64,000 nucleotides of DNA from a virus: the IMG/VR virus record IMGVR_UViG_3300037634_005704, positions 1 through 64,000 of that record, one strand, 5' to 3'. Positions 26,285 to 34,947 of this stretch are shown here, piece by piece; within the stretch, counting starts at the first letter, position 1; each line of letters opens with the position of its first letter. The notes below the pieces were generated by a model. The model was not told the DNA's origin. It worked only from the letters and a program-made list of their open reading frames with translations, and searched no databases. Both the position numbers and the translations under genes were made by a program.

Positions 26285-27310
26285 TTATTCCATTACTAGG
26301 AGCTTCTGACGGAAGATCTCAGGGCTCTGCTGTGCAGCATTCAGATAGCGCCATGCATTCTGAGGATCTCTGTCGGCTGCACTTCCGAAGTTGTTCCAGA
26401 AGTCAGTTGGATTACCGCGTCTCTGAGGCTGTGGAGGAACAGGCATCTGAGGACGACTTGGAGCAGTAACGTTAGGCTGTCCAGTAACATTAGGCTGATT
26501 TGCAATTCTAGGAGCTCGAGCACCCTGAGGGGCAGCCGCTCTTGCCTGAGCTGTAGGAACAGGATAAGGGCCTTTAGGTCCAAAGAATGCACAAGTGTAG
26601 TCAGCGAGAATATCTGGATCAGTCAGCATACGCTCGTAAATTTTGTGCTCCTTAGAAAGCTCACCGAGAAGTCCAGCTGCTTCATTAAGCTTTGAATTGG
26701 TCGCTATAACAGCGTCTTCTAATTTACAAGAGTAGTCATTAAGAATCGCAGAGGAATCTGGACCGAAACGATCAATGACATGAATACTCTCAGGACTAAC
26801 GCCGTTTGCGAGCAGCTGTTCGGTTGTTATCTCCTGTTGCGAAGTTTGGGAAGAGCTGCTGTAGGATCCCTGGTTGCTGTTGATCCCAGGCGTATAGGTC
26901 TGAGCTGCCTGGTTGACGTATGGGGTCGTTTGCTGGGAACTGTAGCTGGCCGGGTCTATTCCTTGTGTCTGAGGAGACTGTTGACCCTGGAACGGGAATT
27001 GGACTGGTGAACTCAGGAGGCCCACCACCTTGTTGAACGCTTCCTTGTAAGGACTCTCTTGTTGTTGGGGTGCCTGGGACACCTGGGGATACGATGCTGT
27101 AGGGGTTGATTGATAACCCTGGACGCCCATCTGGGCTTGCATTTGGGGCGCCGGTGCCGCCATCGGCTGGGAGGCTGCCACCCATTGGGGAGATGTTCCC
27201 ACTACCGGTGCTTGCGCTGCGGTTTGCGCTACCGGAGCCGCGTAGCTGATCGGCTGGGTCTGGGATATTTGGGGTGCCGATTGGGTCGGCGCTACGGTAG
27301 CGTCCTGCAT
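26285..27310 (-). CDS. Gln/Pro/Ala-rich scaffold-like protein (341 aa)
   Basis: ATG at 27310 preceded by GAAGGAAG. Position between portal and capsid. Its first 172 codons overlap the 3' end of the portal ORF in another frame. Confidence 0.55.
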   Translation of the reverse strand: MQDATVAPTQSAPQISQTQPISYAAPVAQTAAQAPVVGTSPQWVAASQPMAAPAPQMQAQMGVQGYQSTPTASYPQVSQAPQQQESPYKEAFNKVVGLLSSPVQFPFQGQQSPQTQGIDPASYSSQQTTPYVNQAAQTYTPGINSNQGSYSSSSQTSQQEITTEQLLANGVSPESIHVIDRFGPDSSAILNDYSCKLEDAVIATNSKLNEAAGLLGELSKEHKIYERMLTDPDILADYTCAFFGPKGPYPVPTAQARAAAPQGARAPRIANQPNVTGQPNVTAPSRPQMPVPPQPQRRGNPTDFWNNFGSAADRDPQNAWRYLNAAQQSPEIFRQKLLVME

Positions 27311-29048
27311 AAGTTACTTCCTTCTGAAGGGATTCGAGGGTTCTATATAAAAATGGGGTGAGATCAAGTCTCGGATCCGCAGCCATCGGTAAGTTCGGTT
27401 GCTGTGGATGTGGCGTTCTCATTTCCATATTGACTAAGTCAATGAGACTTGAGAAAGCCCTTTGTACTTCTCCAACTATTCTGAACGGATAACCGGAGAG
27501 CATTCCCGCGATTTCTTCATCAGTTTTAGAAGGAAATAAGTACTTCAGTGCTTCTATACTATCAACACCCAATTCTTGTAGGTTTCTACAGAACATAGAT
27601 TGGTTTAATTTATCTTGTGCAGTATCTTCATAAACTGGCCCCATCCATCTCCATGTAACAGTTCTATCACCATCAGGAGCCAGTCCTACTACACCTGGAG
27701 GTAACTCTTTAAGTTCAATCGCCTCATTAATTGCGACTTGTAATTTCTTTTCATAGCGAGCTTTCTGTTTTACATACTTTTCATATTCAACTTCATCGTC
27801 AGGATCCTCAGGAGGTATTGGATATTTTATTCCGGCGTTATAAGCTAAAGACTTACGGAAAATCTGTTCTTCCTGGAAAATCATTAACTCAAAACACTTA
27901 GAAATACCATATGTATAAAGCTGTAAACACTTCTTCTTAGCTGTAGCACTAACTCGACCGTAAGCAGATTTAATCTCTGTTGCAGTTACATTAGTAATAC
28001 TCAAATCGTCAATACCACCTAAAGCAAGTCTTATCTCACTTCTTAGCTGCTCTGAATAACGAGCCTGATCTGTACTTACTGCATTAGGAGTAATAAAACC
28101 AACACGATCTGTAGGTTCAAGATTCGCAATAACACGAGGAACACGATAACCACTACCTGGTTTTCCTATATAACCAGGCTGATTACGAGATGATGGATCT
28201 TGTTTAAAAGTAGAACTAGAAAGACTAAACTCAGATTGGAAACCAGATTGACTTGAAATGCTAGGACGTTGAACTGTATCATCTGAATTCTGCTCAATAA
28301 TATCTTGTTTTGGTCGAGAAGAAAGTAAAGTTGGATTCCCAAAGAACGATAAATTTGCTCTAATATTTTTCACCATCTCATCATGAGCAAGTATCTGAGC
28401 AGATAACCACTCAAATTCACCAGCCCCGTCAGTACCAAATGCATCCGGATTGTTAAAAACTTCTACACATGGAATAAACTCCATGGTGTTGTCATAAACT
28501 TCTTTGTCGTAAGTAGTGAAATCAGTATTCTCGTTATTAAATGATATCTCTTGCTCACTATGAAACTCTTCAATTTCTTGTGGAGTTATACGCAATCGCA
28601 TATACCGCTTATCAGTATTTAACCCAACACCTTTAAACCCTTTAGAAGACTTAACCTTATAAGGATAAATAATAACTACTTCTTCTAAATCACCCTCTGG
28701 AGTATAGTAAGTGCGATAAGCATCTTTATCAAACCAGTAGAGACGATAAGTTTTTTGTGTCGGACGAATATAAAAAAGACCTTTTCCATAAGATAAAAAA
28801 CGATCCCATATCGAATCGAGTCTGGCATCTAATTTATTAAATTTTATGACTTGTTGAATAAAATCAAACCTTTGAGATCCAAAATTATCTTGTTCTGGAT
28901 AAAACTCAACACCCTGACGTATCCCAAACATCTTCATCTGGGACAGATGAGCATTAATCAACATTGTGTCAGCTGACCCAGACCCATCGCGGTTGACTAC
29001 CGCTTTAAGAAGTTCGTCAAGCTCAGACTTAGTAGTGCTATCGCTCAT
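26796..29048 (-). CDS. portal protein candidate (750 aa)
   Basis: Size and position immediately downstream of the large terminase. The last ~172 aa are a low-complexity Pro/Gly/Ser tail encoded over the scaffold-like gene. Confidence 0.75.
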   Translation of the reverse strand: MSDSTTKSELDELLKAVVNRDGSGSADTMLINAHLSQMKMFGIRQGVEFYPEQDNFGSQRFDFIQQVIKFNKLDARLDSIWDRFLSYGKGLFYIRPTQKTYRLYWFDKDAYRTYYTPEGDLEEVVIIYPYKVKSSKGFKGVGLNTDKRYMRLRITPQEIEEFHSEQEISFNNENTDFTTYDKEVYDNTMEFIPCVEVFNNPDAFGTDGAGEFEWLSAQILAHDEMVKNIRANLSFFGNPTLLSSRPKQDIIEQNSDDTVQRPSISSQSGFQSEFSLSSSTFKQDPSSRNQPGYIGKPGSGYRVPRVIANLEPTDRVGFITPNAVSTDQARYSEQLRSEIRLALGGIDDLSITNVTATEIKSAYGRVSATAKKKCLQLYTYGISKCFELMIFQEEQIFRKSLAYNAGIKYPIPPEDPDDEVEYEKYVKQKARYEKKLQVAINEAIELKELPPGVVGLAPDGDRTVTWRWMGPVYEDTAQDKLNQSMFCRNLQELGVDSIEALKYLFPSKTDEEIAGMLSGYPFRIVGEVQRAFSSLIDLVNMEMRTPHPQQPNLPMAADPRLDLTPFLYRTLESLQKEVTYAGRYRSADPIGTPNIPDPADQLRGSGSANRSASTGSGNISPMGGSLPADGGTGAPNASPDGRPGLSINPYSIVSPGVPGTPTTRESLQGSVQQGGGPPEFTSPIPVPGSTVSSDTRNRPGQLQFPANDPIRQPGSSDLYAWDQQQPGILQQLFPNFATGDNNRTAARKRR

Positions 29049-29066
29049 GAGTATTCAGTAATTAAA

Positions 29067-29249
29067 CTATGCGTCAATGTTGTACCCAGCATGTAAACGT
29101 TTGAGTGTGATAACGTCATCCTCAACTTCAACATCGAATCGTTCGCTTGGCTGAATAGCCATATCATGACAAATTTCATCGGGAAGTGGAATAACAACAG
29201 AACCATAAGCATCCTGTTCAATCTCTAGAGTGTAATAGCTGGTTGACAT
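29067..29249 (-). CDS. AbrB/SpoVT/MazE-like swapped-hairpin domain protein (60 aa)
   Basis: GSVVIPLPDEICHDMAIQPSERFDVEVEDDVITLKRL fits the G.v.iP.ei...l.i..gd.v.v......i.l pattern. Confidence 0.45.
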   Translation of the reverse strand: MSTSYYTLEIEQDAYGSVVIPLPDEICHDMAIQPSERFDVEVEDDVITLKRLHAGYNIDA

Positions 29250-29277
29250 TAGAAGGTGATCTTTCCAGTTTAAATCG

Positions 29278-30801
29278 TCAATACTCTAACTCTAGTTTTC
29301 CTTTAGACATTAGTCCATTACATAGCCATACCAAAGCATCTACACAATCATCATGAGAGCTGACTCCAAAATTAACTACCTCATCCTTTAACGCAGTGAA
29401 TTTTCTATACTTATTAAAGATAATTCTCCTCTGTTCAAACAGACCCATAATTCCCCTAAACCTTGCAACTTTGTCCCCGCGAAATCCTTTGACTGCATGC
29501 CAAATCATATTGTAAAGACCGTGTTCTCCTAAGCAAATACGTTTAAAATCAGCTTCTAATGAAGCTTGATAAGCAACGGCTTCCGACCAGATATGAACAG
29601 CGTTCCCTGTTGCAAAATAATTTTTATTATCATGATGAATAATGCCCCACTCTTCCATCATTTCCATAAGACTCTCTAATTTCTCCAAGTTACCCATAAT
29701 TCGCAATCTTTTACAATCAATAATATGAATCTTGTTTCCAACTCTTCCACCCATCACAAAGGCAGTAAAATCATTCTGTTCTCTGATACCTGCAGATAAA
29801 TCAACCCCTACCCCCATAGCATCAAACTGAGTTGCTATTTCTCCTTTAACAATTAAATCAGGTGAAAGAGACAATTCACTAGTTTGAACAATCTGATTCT
29901 GATACTGAAAACTAAAGGCAATTGGAGCTTGTCTTCTCCGATCACGAAGATAGTCCAAAGACCACATATCTGGCCAATAAGATATTTCCTCCCCTTGTTT
30001 ATCAACTGTAATAGCAGATTGAATAATCTGCACCCAATCATTTGCAGGAGTAAAAGTGCTGTTATGAATATCATCGTGGCGGAAGCGAGTTCCGAGACAA
30101 ACTGCTCTACCGCCTTCAAACATCGTTGGAACAATGACCGCATTCCAGTTATCCTCCATTGCTTGACGAATATCCCTATTCTTTATATCATCTGCACTTT
30201 TGATCGCATCATCAATAATACATAAATGAGATCGTTTTGAAGTAACAGCGCCTTTTAAACCCGCACAACAAACACTGAATTCTTCTTCACCTGTAGATCG
30301 AATTCCAGCAAATTTCCAATCAATACTCCAGTATTCATTAGAATTAATGCCTTTAGCAATTTTTACTGTAGGAAAAATTTCTCTATAAATTTTACTCTCA
30401 TCAATAATTCTCTTAATTGCGGCACTCTTTGGTCGTGCAACATCAACAGTATATGAAATATATAAAATCTTCAACGGCATCCTACGTAACGCATGAACAC
30501 CAATTGACCAAGCTGTAAATAAACCAAGTACTGTTGACTTTGCCGAACCACGTGGAGCCAAAATATCTATATTTGGACCAGCAATACCAATTAAACAGGA
30601 GCTACTTTCCCCTGTACATAAATATTTATGCCACTGTATATGATGCTCAGCAGGAGGTTTATTACCAACCACATCACAAAAATATGCAAAGTCTTCACGA
30701 GCCCTCTCAATGTCAACAAGAGAGGTTTTTTTAACTACTTGCTGTTTAGCAGCAGCCCGTGCAGTACGTCGATAGACGCTATAAATACTTGTGCCTGCCA
30801 T
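29278..30801 (-). CDS. terL: terminase large subunit (507 aa)
   Basis: Walker A-like ILAPRGSAKSTVLG, Walker B-like SHLCIIDDA, C-terminal nuclease-like region (HDDCVDALV). Typical size and position. Confidence 0.9.
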   Translation of the reverse strand: MAGTSIYSVYRRTARAAAKQQVVKKTSLVDIERAREDFAYFCDVVGNKPPAEHHIQWHKYLCTGESSSCLIGIAGPNIDILAPRGSAKSTVLGLFTAWSIGVHALRRMPLKILYISYTVDVARPKSAAIKRIIDESKIYREIFPTVKIAKGINSNEYWSIDWKFAGIRSTGEEEFSVCCAGLKGAVTSKRSHLCIIDDAIKSADDIKNRDIRQAMEDNWNAVIVPTMFEGGRAVCLGTRFRHDDIHNSTFTPANDWVQIIQSAITVDKQGEEISYWPDMWSLDYLRDRRRQAPIAFSFQYQNQIVQTSELSLSPDLIVKGEIATQFDAMGVGVDLSAGIREQNDFTAFVMGGRVGNKIHIIDCKRLRIMGNLEKLESLMEMMEEWGIIHHDNKNYFATGNAVHIWSEAVAYQASLEADFKRICLGEHGLYNMIWHAVKGFRGDKVARFRGIMGLFEQRRIIFNKYRKFTALKDEVVNFGVSSHDDCVDALVWLCNGLMSKGKLELEY

Positions 30802-30825
30802 TGGCGTAGCATAGCGTGCTAACGC

Positions 30826-31311
30826 CTAAGATTCTTCTTGTAAAATTTTAGTCCAAACACCCATAGAAGCTTCAGATAATGGTCCTTCAATCGGATCATC
30901 CCTAAATATTGTTAACATCTCACGTAAAGCTCTATCTGCGCCAGCAAGAATCAACCCTTGTTTGTCAAGTAATACTTTCTCATCAGTCAACTGTTTAATT
31001 GTACCTCTTAATTCTTTCTGCAACATCGCAATCCTGGCAGTGCCCATATCTTGCTTCACCATACCCATTTGAATACCGTCTCTTAAGTTAGCAATATCTT
31101 GCTGCATTAGGTCAATTTCGGACTCTAAGACCTTTTGAAAATTACGTTTTTTAAATTTTTTCAACGCCCATTGATCACAATTCACAATGCTGCCAGTGAA
31201 CCCGAGAAATCGAGCATACAAGTACATTTGAATCGGACTACGAGCTTGCTTACAAAAAGCGAGAAAAGCCTCCCGATCTTTAACGGTAAGACTTTTAAGC
31301 CATTCAATCAT
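30826..31311 (-). CDS. terminase small subunit candidate (161 aa)
   Basis: Lies directly upstream of terL, and its start overlaps the stop of the preceding 558-aa repeat-protein gene by 4 nt. N-terminal HTH-like region plus a central coiled coil. Assignment is mainly positional. Confidence 0.45.
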   Translation of the reverse strand: MIEWLKSLTVKDREAFLAFCKQARSPIQMYLYARFLGFTGSIVNCDQWALKKFKKRNFQKVLESEIDLMQQDIANLRDGIQMGMVKQDMGTARIAMLQKELRGTIKQLTDEKVLLDKQGLILAGADRALREMLTIFRDDPIEGPLSEASMGVWTKILQEES

Positions 31312-32984
31312 ACACGAGCAGCGGAACGTGCTTGACTGTAATCCCTATCCTCCTTATAGCGACGGAATTGTTCTCTTTGCTCATCTGTACGACGAGTTTC
31401 CTTTCCAGTTTCCCTAGTCAATGCTCTAGCTTCTTGTCCTCTAGTACCTTCTAAACCCCTTTCTCCCGCATATCTTTCAGCTTGAGTTTGACGAGCCTGC
31501 GTTCCAGTTGTTTCCGTTAATCCCCTTTCTCCCGCATATCTTTCAGCTTGAGTTTGACGAGCCTGCGTTCCAGATTCGCCAACTACTGATCTTTCTCCTA
31601 CATATCTCTCAGCCTGGGTTTGTCTCGTTTGCTCACCAGTTGTCTCAGTTAATCCCCTTTCTCCTGTATATCTCTCAGCTTGGGTTTGGCGAGTCTGTGC
31701 TCCAGTTTCCCCAACTACAGATCGTTCTCCTGCATACCTCTCGGCTTGAGTTTGACGAGTCTCTTCGCCACCAGTTCTTAATCCTTCTTTCTGAGTTAAC
31801 CGTGTTTGTTCTCCAGTTGTCTCAGCTAATCCTCTTTCCCCTGCATATCTCTCTGCTTGAGTCTCTCGTGTTTGTGCTCCACCAACTCTTAATCCTTGCT
31901 CCTGAGTTAACCGTGTTTGCTCTCCAGTTGCTGCAGCTAATCCTCTTTCCCCTGCATATCTCTCTGCTTGAGTCTCTCGTGTTTGTGATCCGCCAAGTGT
32001 TAATCCTTCTGCTTGAGTTAATCGTGCTTGCTCTCCAGTTGCTGCAGTTAATCCCCTTTCTCCCATAAAGCGCTCAGCCTGAGTCACCCTACCTTCAGCA
32101 GCTTGAGTTTGCGCAGTTAATCGTGTTTGCTCACCAGTTGCTGCAGTTAAACCCCTTTCTCCCATAAAGCGCTCAGCTTGTGTCAGTCTCCCTTCAGCAG
32201 CTTGAGTTTGTGCAGTTAACCGGGTTTGTGCTCCAGTTGTCTCAGCTAGTCCCCTTTCTCCCAAAAACCTCTCAGCCTGAGTTTGCCTACCTTCCATCTG
32301 ACGAACTGATTCAGATAAACGTTCCTGTTCACCAGTTGCACCAATATCTCCTCTCTGTCCCATAAAGCGCTCAGATTGAGTCTGCCTTTCCTGTGCAGCT
32401 TGAGCGGCAACAGTTGTCCGCTCTTCAGCAGCACGAGTTGCTTCAAATGTACGTTCCCCCAGGAACCTTTCAGCCTGAGTCTCCCGAGATTGATACCCTT
32501 CTTCAGCACGAGTTAGACGATCCTGTTGTCCAGTTGCACCAATCGATGCCCTCTCTCCCATGAACCTTTCAGATTGCAGTTGCCTATCTTGTGCAGCTGC
32601 CTGCTCCTGAGTTAATCGTGTCTGTTGTCCAGTTGTCGCAGCAGTTGTTCGAGTTTGGAATCCTTCTTCCGCTAAAGTAGCTCGAGCTTCCGTTCCTTTT
32701 GTTCCTTCTAAATCCTGATCCGCTAGACTAACTGTTTGATATTCATCTTTCCGATTAACACTTAACGCGTTTTCAAGATCTTTTTGCTGCTCTGTTGCAA
32801 ATTGACTCATATCTTTATCGATATCAGCCGCAACCTGCATGTTATATCGAGCTTGATCAGCCGCAAGCTGATTCATCGCAACTTGATTTGTTAACTCAGG
32901 AGATACGTTGTATCGAACACCACCAATTTCATATTCATCATCACCCTCTCTTACAATCGTCGGTGCCCTTGGTTCGTCAGCCAT
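31308..32984 (-). CDS. tandem-repeat protein, ~15 x TQAER[FY]xGER units (558 aa)
   Basis: ORF track. Repeats of 22 or 33 aa such as RQTQAERYAGERGLTETTGEQT. Confidence 0.7.
   Translation of the reverse strand: MADEPRAPTIVREGDDEYEIGGVRYNVSPELTNQVAMNQLAADQARYNMQVAADIDKDMSQFATEQQKDLENALSVNRKDEYQTVSLADQDLEGTKGTEARATLAEEGFQTRTTAATTGQQTRLTQEQAAAQDRQLQSERFMGERASIGATGQQDRLTRAEEGYQSRETQAERFLGERTFEATRAAEERTTVAAQAAQERQTQSERFMGQRGDIGATGEQERLSESVRQMEGRQTQAERFLGERGLAETTGAQTRLTAQTQAAEGRLTQAERFMGERGLTAATGEQTRLTAQTQAAEGRVTQAERFMGERGLTAATGEQARLTQAEGLTLGGSQTRETQAERYAGERGLAAATGEQTRLTQEQGLRVGGAQTRETQAERYAGERGLAETTGEQTRLTQKEGLRTGGEETRQTQAERYAGERSVVGETGAQTRQTQAERYTGERGLTETTGEQTRQTQAERYVGERSVVGESGTQARQTQAERYAGERGLTETTGTQARQTQAERYAGERGLEGTRGQEARALTRETGKETRRTDEQREQFRRYKEDRDYSQARSAARV
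31390..32600 (-). repeat. 66/99-nt tandem coding repeats
   Basis: For example, an exact 52-nt duplicate at 31456-31507 and 31522-31573 (offset 66 nt). Many further diverged copies up to ~32600. Confidence 0.85.
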
Positions 32985-33053
32985 ATCCTTTAATTACCCT
33001 TTTCAAGCGAATATAGTATTAATTCTATCTGAGATAATTCTGCTGGAAATAAA

Positions 33054-33872
33054 TTAAGCAGCGAGAGTGGTTGCTACAGGATAAAGATTAGTTGTTGGAA
33101 GACCTAAAGTACCAAATTGATTTGCAGCTAGTTGCTGATTTGCTATGCTATTCCGTCTCTTAGATACTGCATCAGCATACATATCAGCTATCTTTGCTTG
33201 GCCATAATCTGACTTAACAAAGTGATCCATCTGATTCACATCGAGAAGATGACCTTGATATGCAGCTGCGGCACCATATCTCTGTGCCATTGCTAAATAT
33301 TGGGCCATCTTACGTTGATCGCCAATTTGCGCTACTTTTCCTAAACCGATCCCAGCTAAATTACCAAGAAACGAATTTTTTAGAAGATGGTCAGAGTAGG
33401 CCTTCTTACTTTCTAAAGGAGCATTTGGATTATAACTTTCATTAGGCATCCAGGGTTGTACTCTCTTTCTAGTGCCTCCTATAGTCCCAGGCGCAGCGAG
33501 ATTTCCAAATTGACCTATCTCCGGGCCTGCGCTCCATCTCTGTCCACGCTTATCCAAGTCCCAAGTACCTCCCCAAAGTGCCCCAATTGGAAGTCTTCCA
33601 CCTTTACTGAACATATCAAGAGAGCCTTGAAATCCTCTAACGAATGGATTCGTAGAAGCACTTGCATCAATATACCTATTTAATCCGTGATGAAAAACAG
33701 CATTCTCTGGCGTAGGAGCGTAGTAATTACCGGAAGCAGCATCAAGAAGAGCGTTTGGATTTGGAATATAAGGTAAATTCTGATTCTGATTTAGGTACTG
33801 TTGTCCAGTCGTAGGAGTTAAAGGATCCAGACTCCCAACATTTGTTCCTCTGTTTCTAATATTATTATTCAT
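33054..33872 (-). CDS. virion-module ORFan (272 aa)
   Basis: ORF track; Gly/Asn/Ala-rich; no domain recognised. Confidence 0.6.
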   Translation of the reverse strand: MNNNIRNRGTNVGSLDPLTPTTGQQYLNQNQNLPYIPNPNALLDAASGNYYAPTPENAVFHHGLNRYIDASASTNPFVRGFQGSLDMFSKGGRLPIGALWGGTWDLDKRGQRWSAGPEIGQFGNLAAPGTIGGTRKRVQPWMPNESYNPNAPLESKKAYSDHLLKNSFLGNLAGIGLGKVAQIGDQRKMAQYLAMAQRYGAAAAYQGHLLDVNQMDHFVKSDYGQAKIADMYADAVSKRRNSIANQQLAANQFGTLGLPTTNLYPVATTLAA

Positions 33873-33875
33873 ACT

Positions 33876-34682
33876 TTAGAAGTACCTAAACATATTGCGC
33901 TGAGACATGGCATTACCCATAGCTATACCAGCATTTTGTGCAATATTAAGCCCAGACTGTTGAGAATTGAGACTCATCTGCTTAGCCATATCAATATTAG
34001 CTTTGAGCTGTTCTGCAGCAGCTTGACGTTCTAATTCAGCTTTCGCAACTCTTTCTGTTTGACCATAAAGAGCATTACCTAAAGTATTAATAACTGATGC
34101 GTCAGCCTGGGCGCCTAGCACTCGACCTAGACGTTGTGCACTCCCTTGTCCACCTGGAGCTAACTGATACCATATACCACCGTCAGGTCCAACCATTCGA
34201 GCAACCGTGCCAGCAGGTAATCCACCTAATGGATCTTGATATGGACCAACCCCTTGTTGATTTAATAAATGTGCACCTGCACCTACAACATTCTGACCCG
34301 TATTAGCAGCTATATTACTAGCAGCAGAAGCAACCTCTGGTGTAACATCTCCTCCTCCCTGTCGGGATAATAAACCTATACCAGCTAAAGGTACTCCAAC
34401 TTGAGCTAGATTTTGAGCTAGATGAGGATTCATACCAAGACGTGATAAAGCAGCTCCTGATTTAGCCATCGCCCAGTTTTGTCCTGGAAGAGGTGTTGCA
34501 CCTACAAGACCACCAATGAGACCTCCTTTTAATCTATTTCCCAACCCACCATCAGATGTCATTGCTCCTAAACCGAAACCAAGTCCTCCTCGGACTTTTT
34601 CATTACCTAGAAGTCGTGCTCCTTTCTGTAACCAAGGTAGTGATTTTACGGTCCCTACTTGTGCAAGTCTAAGTAAGCTCAT
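33876..34682 (-). CDS. Gly-rich virion-module ORFan (268 aa)
   Basis: ORF track; GGLG/GLIGGLVG-type Gly repeats followed by a coiled-coil-like C-terminus. Confidence 0.6.
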   Translation of the reverse strand: MSLLRLAQVGTVKSLPWLQKGARLLGNEKVRGGLGFGLGAMTSDGGLGNRLKGGLIGGLVGATPLPGQNWAMAKSGAALSRLGMNPHLAQNLAQVGVPLAGIGLLSRQGGGDVTPEVASAASNIAANTGQNVVGAGAHLLNQQGVGPYQDPLGGLPAGTVARMVGPDGGIWYQLAPGGQGSAQRLGRVLGAQADASVINTLGNALYGQTERVAKAELERQAAAEQLKANIDMAKQMSLNSQQSGLNIAQNAGIAMGNAMSQRNMFRYF

Positions 34683-34725
34683 CTAACTAAATTCTAAATA
34701 CTTATATTCAATTATTTTAAGTGCT

Positions 34726-34947
34726 CTAACTCTTCGCCAAAATCTCTTCTCTAGCTAGAGATACATAATTCCTCAAAACATTTAAATCAAGCATCAAAAC
34801 TCCATCTACTTCATGTACAGCTTCAGGAATAATTTGTTGTACTTGTTGAGCAGAAAAACCAGCTCTTAATGATTGACTAGGATCCAATCCGGAACTATAC
34901 CGAAATTGAATAGGTTCAAGTTGTTTTAACTTTTCAAGCGCACTCAC
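34726..34947 (-). CDS. free-standing peptidase-S74 (intramolecular chaperone) core-like protein lacking the SDxRxK site (73 aa)
   Basis: SALEKLKQLEPIQFRY...RAGFSAQQVQQIIPEAVHEVDGVLMLDLNVL fits aLekllkLrPvtFrY...GfiAQEVeevlPeaV...vdy..L. The GTG start overlaps the upstream stop. Confidence 0.6.
   Translation of the reverse strand: MSALEKLKQLEPIQFRYSSGLDPSQSLRAGFSAQQVQQIIPEAVHEVDGVLMLDLNVLRNYVSLAREEILAKS

Noticed and set aside
31508-32068. 186-aa plus-strand ORF, plus the smaller ORFs 32180..32365, 32246..32509 and 32795..33016.
   Set aside because: They lie antisense or out of frame inside the 558-aa tandem-repeat gene. Their own repetitiveness (LQLIPFLP...) is a mirror image of the coding repeats, and no independent start or RBS context exists.
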